DNA of 56,764 nucleotides, counting the filler, from Sphacelaria rigidula (Eukaryota): assembly GCA_964200075.2 (NCBI GenBank). It is 7 parts of 7 records of this genome, joined end to end, with 100 filler letters (N's around TTAATTAATTAA, not from the genome) between each part and the next. Parts side by side here need not be neighbours in the genome. Positions count along the whole stretch, not along the records: positions 8,125 to 16,148 come from CAXNAA020012598.1; positions 16,249 to 24,272 come from CAXNAA020012599.1; 5 more parts are not named here. One strand, 5' to 3'. The stretch's first letter is position 1; each line of letters starts with the position of its first letter. Made by a program: the position numbers and the translations under genes. Positions 12,353 to 23,237 of this stretch are shown here, one piece after another. Below the pieces are notes generated by a model, which saw only the letters and a program-made list of their open reading frames with translations, was not told where the DNA came from and ran no database searches.

Positions 12353-14503
12353 CTATTTGGTACAAAACTCCGCCTTCCGGCGTCCCGCCACACCATATGA
12401 TGGTTGCTCGAAACAGCCCTCGTTGCTGCACGTTTTCTCCACTACATCGACCATCCCCGCCCTGGCGTGGTCGGCACAACGCTCCCCCTTCCGGCTACCC
12501 GCTATACCGTACAATGGTCGTTCGGAGCAGCTCTCACTGCCGCTCTTCTTGCTCCCTACATCAATCATCCCCGCCCTTGCGTGTTCGGCACATAACTCTG
12601 CGCTCCTCCCCGCTACACCAAATGATGGTTGTTTAGAACAGTCCTCATGGTCGCACCTATTTTTCACTACATCAATCATCCTCGCCCTGACGTGGTCGGC
12701 ACAGAACTCCGTCTTCCGGCTTTCCACTACACTGTACGATGGTTGCTTGGAGCAGCCCTCGTGGCCGCACTTCTTGCTTACTACATTGGCCATACCTACT
12801 CTCGCGTGGGCGGCACAGAACTCTGCCTTCCGGCTTCCCGCTACACCGTACGTTGGATGCTTGAGGCAGCCCTCGTGGCCGCACTTCCTCCTCACTACAT
12901 CAACCATCCCCGTCCTGGTGTGTTTGGCACAGAACTCCGCCTTCCGGCTTCCCGCTACACCGTACGATGGATGCTTGAAGTAGCCCTCGTGGCCGCACTT
13001 CCTGCTCACTACATCAACCATCCCCGTCCTGGCGTGTGTGGCACAGAACTCCGTCTTCCGGCTTCCTGCTACACCGTACGTTGGATGCTTGAAGCAGCCC
13101 TCGTGGCCGCACTTCCTCCTCACTACGTCAACCATCCCCGTCCTGGCATGTTTGGCACAGAACTCCGTCTTCCGGCTACCCGCTACACCGTACGATGGAT
13201 GCTTGAAGCAGCCCTCGTGGCCGCACTTCCTCCTCACTACATTGACCATTCCCGTCCTAGCGTGTTCGGTACAGAGCTCCACCTTCCGACTGCCCACTAC
13301 AACGTGCGATGGTTGTTTAGAGCAGCTCTCATTGCCGCACTTCTTTTTCACTACATTGACCATCCCCGTCCTAGCGTGTTCGGCACAGAGCTCCGCCTTC
13401 CGGCTTCCCACTACACCATACGTTGGTTGTTTGGAGCAGCCCTCGTGGCCGCACTTTTTGCTCACTACATTGAACATTCCCGCCCTGGCGTGTTCGGCAT
13501 AGAGCTCCGCCTTCCGGCTTCCCGCCACACCGTACGTTGGTTGCCTGAAGCAGCCCTCGTGGCCGCACTTTTTGCTTACTACATTGACCATCCCTGCCCT
13601 GGTGTGGTTGGCACAGAACTGCGCCTTCCGGCTTCCGGCTACACCGTACGATGAATACTTGAAGCAGCCCTCGTGGCCGCACTTCTTGTTCACTATATCA
13701 ACCATCCCCGTCTTGACGTGTTCGGCACAGAACTCTGCCTTCCGGCTCCCCACCACACCGTACGTTGATTGCTTAAAGCAGCCCTCGTTGCCGCACTTCT
13801 TGCCCATAACATTGACCATCCCCGCCCTGGTGTGGTCGGCACAGAACTCCGCCAAGCGGCTTCCCGCTACATCAAACGATGGTTGCTTGGAGCAGCCCTC
13901 GTGGCCGCACTTCTTGCTCACAACATCGACCCTCCCCGTCCTAGCGTGTTCGGCACAAAACTGCGTCTTCCGGCTTCCCGCTACACCGTACGTTGGTTGC
14001 TTGGAGCAGCCCTCGTGGCCGCACTTCTTGCTCACCACATTGGCCATACCTACTCTCGCGTGGGCGGCACAGAACTCCTCCGAGCGACTTCCCCCTACAC
14101 CGTACGATGGATGCTTGAAGCAGCCCTCGTGGCCGCACTTCATGTTCGCTGCCTCAGTTATCCCTACCCTAGCGTGGTTGGCACAGACCTCCTCCTTCCG
14201 ACTGCCCGCTACACCATGGGATGGTCGTTTGGAGCAGCGCTCGTGGCCGCACTTCTTGTCCGCTATATCAGTCATCCCCGCCCTGGCGTGTTTAGCACAG
14301 AACTCCGCCTTCCGACTGCCCGCTACACCGTACGATGGTTGTTTGGAGCAGTTCTCATTGCCGCACTTCTTGTTCACTACATCAATCATGCCCGTCCTGG
14401 TGTGGTCGGCACAGAATCGCGCCTTCCGGCTTCCCGCTACACTATGCGATGATCGTTTGGAGCAAGCCCCGTGGCCGAACTTCTTGCTCACTGCATCAAT
14501 CAT
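12353..14503 (-). CDS. EsV-1-7 cysteine-rich repeat protein (~19 tandem 38-aa C-x4-C-x16-C-x2-H units before an in-frame TAG)
   Basis: ORF from ATG 14503 made of 114-nt units with consensus MVDVVSKKCGHEGCSKQPSYGVAGSRKAEFCAEHARAG, the EsV-1-7 motif of Ectocarpus siliculosus virus-1 and brown algal proteins such as IMMEDIATE UPRIGHT. An upstream exon cannot be excluded. Confidence 0.9.
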   Translation of the reverse strand: MIDAVSKKFGHGACSKRSSHSVAGSRKARFCADHTRTGMIDVVNKKCGNENCSKQPSYGVAGSRKAEFCAKHARAGMTDIADKKCGHERCSKRPSHGVAGSRKEEVCANHARVGITEAANMKCGHEGCFKHPSYGVGGSRSEEFCAAHARVGMANVVSKKCGHEGCSKQPTYGVAGSRKTQFCAEHARTGRVDVVSKKCGHEGCSKQPSFDVAGSRLAEFCADHTRAGMVNVMGKKCGNEGCFKQSTYGVVGSRKAEFCAEHVKTGMVDIVNKKCGHEGCFKYSSYGVAGSRKAQFCANHTRAGMVNVVSKKCGHEGCFRQPTYGVAGSRKAELYAEHARAGMFNVVSKKCGHEGCSKQPTYGVVGSRKAELCAEHARTGMVNVVKKKCGNESCSKQPSHVVVGSRKVELCTEHARTGMVNVVRRKCGHEGCFKHPSYGVAGSRKTEFCAKHARTGMVDVVRRKCGHEGCFKHPTYGVAGSRKTEFCATHARTGMVDVVSRKCGHEGYFKHPSYGVAGSRKAEFCAKHTRTGMVDVVRRKCGHEGCLKHPTYGVAGSRKAEFCAAHARVGMANVVSKKCGHEGCSKQPSYSVVESRKTEFCADHVRARMIDVVKNRCDHEDCSKQPSFGVAGRSAELCAEHARAGMIDVGSKKSGSESCSERPLYGIAGSRKGERCADHARAGMVDVVEKTCSNEGCFEQPSYGVAGRRKAEFCTK

Positions 14504-16082
14504 TCTTGCCAAAGCCGAAACGTACAAGGCAGAAGTTGCAAGATAAGGGGGTAAAATTGTAAGGACAACGTTTTGTGGGGCCAACAGTGCAAATCAATCA
14601 AAACTACCTAATTTGACCCTTCGCCACTGCCCTGCGCCCGAGTAGACGGCCAGCGAGTTATTCGATCTGGCAGGATTCCAGCACACATGGGCCGTTCTCG
14701 GTGCGTGCACTTTGACTCTGGGCGAGAAAAATGAAAATGGTGTACTTCGTACAAACCTTTTCGACTCACGAATAGGCATACGAGATCTGCATGTTGAACC
14801 GGTATGTACGAAATTGCACGTTTTTGTTCTCCTCTCAAGCAGCGTCAAACCTCGCACATTGAAAATCGTGTGCTGACGTGCTTTGATCGTAGAGCAAGTC
14901 ATCCCGAGGTCGCATAATCCGCCTGTCCGTCTCTTTACGCGAAACCCTCTGATAAAGGGTCAAAACAGGCGCTTTTGACCACTTCGCAAGTATCCCTCAG
15001 TAGAAGTGGTATGCAAAGTGACAAATGAAAACGAGGACCGTTTCTTTGCCGAGGGATCCAGCAATGAGATCCAGCAAGGCAGCGAAAAGAACGGAAAACA
15101 TTGAAGAAAACCATGAAGTACAAAGTGCCGGGTCGGGATGGAACGGGAACGTTTTCTGTCCCTCCAGACACCCACGGTACGGGGAAGTAGGAAATATGTC
15201 GGCACCAGACGGGATGGGTAGCCCTCCCCCTGAAAGACGACGAGAGGGAAAAACCCTTTGCGTGTTATCATGTTTTCCATGATGTTCTCTTGTGCAAGGC
15301 TGTGGATTGCCAAATAAGCTGCACAGGACAAGGTGATTTATCACGCATCGCGCTCCGACAACATACAAACCTCACTACCAGACGAAGGTCTCAGGTGGGC
15401 GCAATCGCACATTGAATGGTATTCGATTAATTACATCCACCTGGAAACAAACTGTACGTAAAGGCGACCACACATGCCTTCGCGACCGCCACCCTTCCCA
15501 GTGCTGGCTCCGTCATTAGCGGAACAGATATATTGGGACAGATTTCCTCATGTGATTCGCTGGGATGAATCGGGTGTGCTGGTGTCGCGCCGGCTGTTGA
15601 TTATTTGTTCAAGTTCTTCTTTCAAAGCATCCGTAGTTTTGTAGATAATGACGGATATCGCAGGGTTTCGGGCTGTACGCTGCACGAGCTTTTACACAGC
15701 AAGCTCTAGCACGTGGCTGGCAGATCGAGGGTGGGAAAGATTTATATGCACTATATCTGTGATATATTGCTGCTTTGCATCGCGCTTCCAATTTTTCTTT
15801 TTTTTCCTTCGTTCTGACAGAAAAGGAAAAGAGTGAGAAGTCATGCGCCGTTCTAATCTAGCTACCTAAGGTGAGAAACAAGTGATACCGAGACGGTAAA
15901 ACAGCACTCGAACAGACCAGCGACTTCAAGGAGGGCGGCAGTCACGCGCAATATGGGTATTGTCGCAGGTCGAAACGCGGACTGCCTTCCGCACGAGAAA
16001 GCAATACAGGGAAAAACAATTGATACGTACTATTGCACTCGTACTGAAAATGCTATGTGGGTAACAACACGCAAACAGATCT

Positions 16083-16148
16083 GTGACGGTTTAAGAGACA
16101 ACCAACTAGACTAATGACAAGTCAGCGCTGACTTGTCAGTAGTCTAGT
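16083..16148. repeat. Loop-less palindromic element, copy 1 (right arm cut by contig end)
   Basis: GTGACGGTTTAAGAGACAACCAACTAGACTAATGACAAGTCAGC|GCTGACTTGTCAGTAGTCTAGT; homologous to 32308-32395. Confidence 0.9.
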
Positions 16149-16248
16149 NNNNNNNNNNNNNNNNNNNNNNNNNNNNNNNNNNNNNNNNNNNNTTAATTAA
16201 TTAANNNNNNNNNNNNNNNNNNNNNNNNNNNNNNNNNNNNNNNNNNNN
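16149..16248. other. Artificial contig spacer
   Basis: Same N/TTAATTAATTAA/N spacer. Confidence 0.98.
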
Positions 16249-16296
<48 letters not shown>

Positions 16297-17621
16297 TTTT
16301 TTGTGGTTTGTGTTTTTTTTGTTTCTTTGGTTGAGGCAGCACTGACATCACACTGCCGAAAAGCGAGAGTGGACATTTAGCGTGTTCAATACCCCCTCTC
16401 CCTCCTGTTAGCCTGGCCTGGCAAAAACCAGCGTGCCCCGTCCCGGCCTTGTAGCGGCGGACCCCCCTTATGGGGTTGGCGTCGGTCGGCGATGGCGCTG
16501 TAAAACATGCCACTCACCACGTAAGCTAGGCAACCAGGGTGCCGATTTTTGTGCGCGCTTGCATTTTGTTTGCGGTAACCGTGATGGATGTCGAGCTAGA
16601 TCATGTTGTGCGGGGTCGGAGAACCTCAACTCCGCACAATGGGGATGATCGTACTACGTGGTGTTTCAATACTGAGACACCCCTGAGGCCGTGTATAAGC
16701 CGTGGCCGTCCCTGGAAGTGGCGATACCAGAAAATGAAGCAACTCATCGGAGGCTGCCATTCAAATGCAAGAGAATCAGTACGCTTCGGGCTGAACAATC
16801 TTAGCAGGATGCATCTCACCCTTATTGCGGCTCGCCGAACACACGACGGCGCTTCGTTCGCACTTGGTGACTGATTGCGAGCCTGGTCCGGCGAACACCC
16901 GGCGTGCTCCGCCCCGGCTTTGTAGCGATGCGAGATCAATGGTCATGTGGCTATGGCATGCAAGATTACGAGTACACCCCCCTCCCTGCCTCCCTAGAAA
17001 AAACAAGGAAACTGAAAACCAAAGTCATACATGAAAAAAAAAAAAAACACAGCCTGCAAACTCGAGCAAAGCGTTCACCAACAAACCAACGACAGCCGAA
17101 CCACAAACTATCAGTCAAACGACCAAACAATGTATCAATATGTTCATTTCGTTTGTTTTGTGCACCTCTAGCAATGTAGGAAACACTGTTTTGATCTATG
17201 AGTGTTAAAGGCGATCTTTCCAAAGTTACACCCGTGGTGGTGAGGGCCGGGATGTACTGTATGTACAGCACGCTACAAAAAACATGAACCAATAGGCAAC
17301 AAAGGCATACACATACAAACACAAGAGTCCGATGGACCGATCCGATCGCGAAAGCGCTTGCTTGCTTTAGGAGAAACACCACCGATAAACCCGAGAAGGA
17401 GTGAAAAAAAACGTCATGTTCGTTCACGCATCATTATTTCGGACACAAAACACAGACATAAATTCAAAACGTTTCGTTCGATTATTTCCAATATTCGTGT
17501 GTTTTTTTTAATCCTCTCGAAGAAATTTTGTCGCACCCCTCACGTCGTTCCTGCATCGAAGCCGAAAAAACTCTAACATCCAACATGTTTTCCGTCCGCG
17601 CAATATACTTTCGGATACACG

Positions 17622-18383
17622 TACACGAGCGGTCATTCGGATACCCCCAAAATTCCCTCCACACGAAAATTGATCCCTCTAGAGGGAGAAAAGACTCTGG
17701 AGGCGCATAATCCCTCTGGAGGCTGAATAGTAAACCCCTCCACCGGGATTAAACACCGCTGGAAGAATAGCCCACGCAAAGTCACTCTAGGGGGAAGGAG
17801 GTAGAGCTCCCTTAGAGGGGTTTTGTGCTCTTTGGAGTATTCGTGGTCAACACATTACGAAACCCCTCTAGAGGTCACTAATTCCTCTAGCGGTGTTTAA
17901 GCCCTATGGAGGGGTCAGTTTTGACCCCTCCAGAGGGATTGACACATGCGACCATTTGGCTACCCCCATAATTCCTCCAGGCGGTCAGCGTTTCGAGCCC
18001 CCAGAGGAATTAAATGTCTCCCGAGGGGTGCGCGGTTCTCCGGAGGAATATTTTGTTTTCTCCAGAGGGATTGAAGGCCTTCGGAGGCTTGTTTTTGCCT
18101 CTGGAGGGCCGCGCATCCCTCCGGAGGCATTTTGCTACCCCCAAATTCCTCTAGAGGGGTGCGCGGCCCTCCATGGCGGTAGCGTTTGGTTTCCTCCAGA
18201 GGGATTGAAGGCCTCCGGAGGCTTGTTTTCCCTCTGGAGGGCCCCGCATCCCCCCGGATGTATTTTGGGAGGTAGCCAAATGGCCGCGTGTGAAATACCT
18301 CCATGGACAAAATTAACCGCTCTGAAGGGGTCAAGTTTCTTGTGGAGAGATTTGTTCGGGGTAGCCAAATGGCCGCGTTTGTG
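17622..18383. mobile_element. Non-autonomous TIR element rich in CCTCTAGAGG/CCTCTGGAGG motifs (outer copy)
   Basis: Degenerate TIRs CACGAGCGGTCATTCGGATACCCC … GGGGTAGCCAAATGGCCGCGTTTGTG. Interior is dense in palindromic CCTC(T/C)(A/G)GAGG motifs. Confidence 0.6.
17943..18292. mobile_element. Same-family TIR element nested inside 17622-18383
   Basis: TIRs CACATGCGACCATTTGGCTACC … GGTAGCCAAATGGCCGCGTGTG. Confidence 0.75.
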
Positions 18384-18456
18384 CAAAAATATAAAAATGA
18401 AAAACGGTTGATTATTCAATGATTCTGGGATTTTTTTTCCGAATCGTTTGTCACAC

Positions 18457-18571
18457 CTCGCCCATCGTTTCCGTGGTGAACACCTCATCCGCACTGTAAA
18501 ACTGCGCCAGCGAAACCTGCTGCTCCTTCGCAGGCAGTACCAACTCCTTCGCCAGCTCCAGAATAGCACCC
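18457..18571 (-). CDS. Exon of a class IV (branched-chain/D-amino acid type) PLP-dependent aminotransferase
   Basis: Translation (R)GAILELAKELVLPAKEQQVSLAQFYSADEVFTTETMGE matches the class IV C-terminal motif GITR…L…ADEVF.TGT. It is bounded by a CAG acceptor and a GAG|GTGTGA donor. E in place of the usual G in T-G-T may indicate decay. Confidence 0.7.
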
Positions 18572-18759
18572 CTGCGATATTGTTTGCCCACGCCATCACC
18601 CCCCGCCCGGCCCCGCAGACAGACCCAAGAAAGATAAAGACGAAAGAGTAAATATGAGTGCGAGAAACGCCATAACGGCTGAGGAGCATACAGTATGGAC
18701 CACCTCAAAAAGTACCACAAACGAACGGATCAAGGGCGCGCGCGCGTAAAAAATGTTTT

Positions 18760-18761
<2 letters not shown>

Positions 18762-18791
<30 letters not shown>

Positions 18792-18808
18792 CATACATAC
18801 ATACATAC
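18762..18808. repeat. (TACA)n microsatellite
   Basis: About 11-12 perfect TACA units. Confidence 0.95.
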
Positions 18809-19679
18809 ACACATTTGGTAGTCAGCATCAGAAGTCTTTAGGGTTGTTTCAGGGATTTTCTCGCGTACCACGTACCCTTCGATAGAACTCGCAAGTGCTA
18901 GCGCCGGTAGATTTTGGTAAAACAAACAGATTGCCCGCACAACATATTGCCAAAGTAAGTGCTACTTGGTGTTATCGAGCAATACGAGTAGATACTCCGG
19001 TCATCAGAAAAGTGTTTTTGACCGTGAAACACAGTTTTTCGGCTCTAGTGCTTACGGGTAGGTAAAATTAAAGCAAAACAATAAATTTAGTTTTTTCAAA
19101 AATACGATCGGAATAGGCTCGATCGATCGAAAATACCGAAGAGTCGGAATCTGGGCTGAAAAGAGGCAGGACTCCCGATGACCGGTCATCCCGAGTCACT
19201 CAATATTGAGTACAGGTGGAGTTTTTTTTTCTTGGAATGTGGAGCGGATACGAGTATCTTCAGATCTCCAACGTGATGAGGAAGGGCAAGCAATAGAGCC
19301 TAAAGGAATCGCCAATCACAAAGAAATTACAAAACGAGTAGTTCAGACGCTAACTACTTTTAGAGACATGGATACAGACTTCCTGTGAGACATGAGTTAG
19401 CTCGATGACGTTGAGCAGATAGTATATTTTGAACGGAAGAGCGTGCGATGCTAATGTTAGGTTCATTGGAAAGCTAGAGTCACGGAGATGCTCATGAAGA
19501 GAAAAAATCCGAGTTGCTGTTATTGAGAATCTGTGGGATCAAAATACCCTATTTTGGCCAATATTTTAAGATGTTTTTGAGAACTCTTGAATGAAGGCCC
19601 GTTTAGCGCCCCCCTTCGTGGCACAACCACGATAGAGACTGTAAGCACCCCCCCGCGTCGCCAGCGGGGCGTTGAGGTG

Positions 19680-19932
19680 TATAGCCTCTGCCAGACGATC
19701 TGGACAAAAGGACTTTCCACAAGGGACTCCTGCAGTAGCACTGGCCTCGTGCTCGACAAGTCCTTTCTTCCAACTTGTTATTATCACGGAGTGATCCTCA
19801 ACAGATCATGAGCTAGACAGCAAGGGGCCACACAGATAAGGGTCATCAATCCAGGATCCCCTGTCCCTTGCCACTGCCCCAACCATGCATGCGATTATAC
19901 TGAAACCTACGGCCTGGTATCATTTGGCTACA
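19680..19932 (-). repeat. 3' LTR
   Basis: On the minus strand it reads TGTAGCC…GGCTATA. Roughly 90% identical by eye to 22984-23237. Confidence 0.92.
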
Positions 19933-20009
19933 GCACCCCCAAAGCGAGTTCCAAGACAAACGAACGAGCTTGACAACCAACAAAATCAAGGCGAAATCGC
20001 ATGCGCCAG

Positions 20010-20950
20010 ACCACAAAGAATTACCATACTCCGACGCTAATTTACTTGTCAGCGCTCGAGTCAACCGCTTTTTACGCAGTTCCTTCAAAACAATTTCAGG
20101 CGCAGAAGGAGGAATTCTGCGAAGAGACTCTCATGTACGTTCTTCAGCACCGAACCCTTCTCAATCTACCAAAACAATGACATATCACCATTGTCATCCT
20201 CAGCGACGTGCACCAAAGCATTCATCCGACATCTACCTTGGGCATACGAATGCTGAAATACATCTTTTATTTCCGCAGTGATGTGCAACCGCGAGTCAGC
20301 ATAGAAACGCAAACGAGCGACATCAGCCGAGTGCACGGCGCCAGAAACAATATTCTGCACCGAATACACGTGAGCGTGATTGTCTCCGGGCACCCCCTTT
20401 GGACCTGTCTATCTGGACATTAACTCTGGCGTCACACCTTGCCTCCGAACACGGGCATACAAGACGAAATCTCCAACTGCAAACTTGGGCGACACAACCT
20501 GGCCCTGAGCAAGCTTGCGTTTGGTTTCGCGAAACACCGCGACAGCAGCTTGCACTTCGTTACAAGACCGCACTTGCTGGTCAACCACGCCTTGGACCTT
20601 GTCGCGCAACGAATCAGCATACATGACATCGACGTTCCATTCGCCGCCAGTGACAGAGGCCAGCGCGGAAAACGCTGTACGCGGCGCACGCCCAAACATC
20701 ACACAATACGGAGTGTTACGGTAGCGTTCACGAAAAGAAGTATTCAACGCCCACTGAGCGGCTGGCAGAACATCAACCCCTCCAGACACCGGCCGTCGCT
20801 GTCCCGACAAAATAGCCCGCAACGCACGAACAGCCTTCTTCACCATGCGTTCACAAGCACCATTCGACCAAGAGGTATACACAACAGCAAATTGGTGTTG
20901 CACCTTAAGCGCGTCGCTCAGCTGCGCGAACACTCGATTCTTGAAGTGCG
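20010..20950 (-). pseudogene. Integrase C-terminal half plus chromodomain remnant
   Basis: SWSNGACERMVK…LPAAQWALNT…TPYCVMFGRAPRT (integrase core), then FAVGDFVL, then VHSADVARLRFYAD, then VLVD*EGFGAEERT*ESLRRI (chromodomain with both Trp codons changed to TGA). Confidence 0.8.
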
Positions 20951-21299
20951 TGGCGGAGTCATTCTACGATAGGGGGGGGGGGGGGGGGCTTGATTCCACA
21001 AAAAAATGGGCTCATAGATGCTTCAGACGGTCTAACACACTCGTGGTGCGCTTGCATTGGGGTAAAAGCGGTGTCAAGCAATATGAATGAGCGTTTTTCA
21101 TCAGAAGCAAGCGCGTGCGAACAACCGTTGCTGCTATCAACGATGATTTCAAGTAGAATCTCGCGGAAGAAAACGGCCCAAAATACCCGCCCCCCTATTG
21201 TGGCATTAGGCGGCGGTATCACTAACCCACACACGCGGCACCCCCAAAGTCTTGCACCAATACAGCAAGTACTAAGCCGTAACCTCGGCGGTGCAAGCC

Positions 21300-21792
21300 T
21301 CGGTCGGCTCCAACCGAACAAAATTGGACAAATTACCCAGGATGACCAGAACGTACCGATTTGCGGTCCAATTCCGAACGGAATCTGCAGCTGGGCGACG
21401 CCAAACTGCGAAGATATTTGTTCTAGTGACCCCACACCGATCGACGTGAGCGCGGATCCAGAATCCAGAATAACGCGGGCCATGAACGAACCTACGGAAC
21501 CAGGCAAGCAAAGATCTGCGCGTAAACATTCAGCGTCGCGGTCGACAGGTACCACACCTACCGAAGAACCCTGGTCGGTACCAAGAGTCACCTGACGCCA
21601 GGGCTGCGCTCCAGCACATGGCATCGATAACCGAGAATTGGCGGCCCAATCAGACCAAGTCGCCGAATATGCAGACGGCACTGTTACAGCCGTCGCAGCG
21701 GTAGGAAATGCACCAGGCACGGATCCTGCCTGGCTGAGGGGTTGCGAACTATTCTCTCCAGCACTCCCCACCGAAGTATTTGCATTTCCCAC
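21300..21792 (-). pseudogene. Retropepsin (aspartic protease) remnant
   Basis: Motif ARVILDSGSALTSI at about 21440-21480. Confidence 0.75.
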
Positions 21793-22612
21793 TTACGCTG
21801 TCCGCCCCGGCACGGGCGAACCATAAGATCCAGAGTCACCACATGGTGACGAAGTGGAAGAAACAGCAGCGGAGTAACCACCATCCGCCGCCGATTGCTT
21901 GCTACCGCGGCCGCCGCGCCCGCGTCCATGGTTGGCACGGCCCCGTCCACCGTGACGACCGCCTCGAGATCCTGGTGAATCTCGCGCATTGCCCTGAGCA
22001 GCGCCTTGAGCGCGAGGCTTGGGGCAGTCCATCATCAGGTGCTCGTTGTCACCGCAGTTGTAACACGCGCGAGAGGACGACGCTCGCGAAGACGGCTGCT
22101 GTTCTTGTTTCTGTTGCTGTTGCTGTTTGCGGCGCGCACTACCTGCACTTGCCGCAGAATCGCGCCGGCCATGTGCCTCAATGAACTTCCACTGGTCGGC
22201 AGCATCAAATATTTTGTTGAACACCACCGTCGGGTTTTTTTTCAGCCGTCAACATGCTTTAGTACTTCTAACATACGCCCTGAATTCCGAAGGCGAAATC
22301 CCGTCTATCAAAGCTATGGAAACCGACTCGACCGGGCCTGGCAACCAGCTCCTGTCCTCCGCATGGTACATGGCTTACACCGTGAGGTTTTCAGCGAAAA
22401 CCTTTTCCATCGATGAGTTGACCATCATCGCTCGATCCTTGACGGATGTTCCACCGCTTTGCTGCATAGTCATGCTTGCCGCCGGTTGTGGTGTACCCGG
22501 CATGCTGCTTCGCAGCATATAGCAATTCGTCGGGGGTCATAGCCCGACGGTCCTCGTATATTCCTTCAAAGCAACGATGAATGTACGTAGAGATGAGTTG
22601 ACCTATGCTCAC
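21793..22612 (-). pseudogene. Retrotransposon gag remnant with CCHC zinc knuckle
   Basis: CYNCGDNEHLMMDC (C-x2-C-x4-H-x4-C) at about 22024-22065, followed by an RG-rich tract. Upstream part is frameshifted. Confidence 0.8.
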
Positions 22613-22983
22613 CTAGCATGCCTTACAACTCCTTGAGGATTTTCAAGGTACAACCTCTCTATCTAGTCGAGATATACTGCGTAGAAAACTCTTCATGCTT
22701 CCTTGGTCCACACCTCGCCATACTTTGGCGGGTCTAGCGGCTCACCTAACACCAGCGGCGCTACCACCGCTTCCGCCATGTCGTCTAGGATTCAAACACT
22801 TCACGAAGAGACTCTTGCCTGACTTGTGCGTCCTCCAGCTCACGGAGCGTCCTCCACTGCTGTGCCCTTCAAGTTGGCTTCAAGTTGGTCTCCTTCCGCC
22901 TGCGGGCCAAACTGGCTTGCAGCTGCGGCCCCTCCCCTCAGTCAAACTTCTCCAACAGAGTGCCGGAAAGAATATCTAGATAG

Positions 22984-23237
22984 TATAGCCTCTGCCAGAC
23001 GATCTGGACAAGAGGACTATCCACGAGGGACTCCTCCAGTATTACTGGCCTCGTGCTCAACAAGTTTTTTTTTCTCTACTTGTTATTATCTCGGAGCGAT
23101 CGTGAACAGATCACGAGCTAGACAGCAAGGGGCAACACAGAAAAGGGCCATCAATCCAGGATCCCCTGTCCCCTGCCACTGCTCCAATCATGCATGCGAT
23201 TATACTGAAACCTACGGCTTGGTATCATTTGGCTACA
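22984..23237 (-). repeat. 5' LTR
   Basis: Direct repeat of 19680-19932 with the same termini. Confidence 0.92.

Larger units (their letters stand above)
19680..23237 (-). mobile_element. Internally deleted Ty3/Gypsy chromovirus-type LTR retrotransposon
   Basis: Two ~253-bp LTRs. 4-bp TSD GGTG at 19676-19679 and 23238-23241. G-rich PPT-like tract next to the 3' LTR. Gag CCHC knuckle, aspartic protease, integrase and chromodomain remnants are present; no RT/RNase H motifs are seen. Confidence 0.9.

Noticed and set aside
12353-14503. 114-bp periodic repeats as a CRISPR array
   Set aside because: Units are contiguous, a multiple of three and protein-coding, with no unique spacers and no cas genes. 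The context is eukaryotic.
11210-14503. EsV-1-7 arrays as evidence of an integrated phaeovirus genome
   Set aside because: No NCLDV core genes are seen on either contig, and the flanks are host-type transposon-rich DNA. The family is known to be expanded in host genomes.
14504-14584. TTG-initiated N-terminal extension MAPQNVV… of the 743-aa ORF
   Set aside because: A TTG start is unlikely in a eukaryotic nuclear gene. The segment is pyrimidine-rich on the coding strand and ends in AG just before the ATG, so it looks like an intron end or UTR.
19915-19923. TGGTATCA resembling a tRNA-iMet primer-binding site
   Set aside because: It lies inside both LTR copies and on the strand opposite to gag-pol, so it cannot be the PBS.
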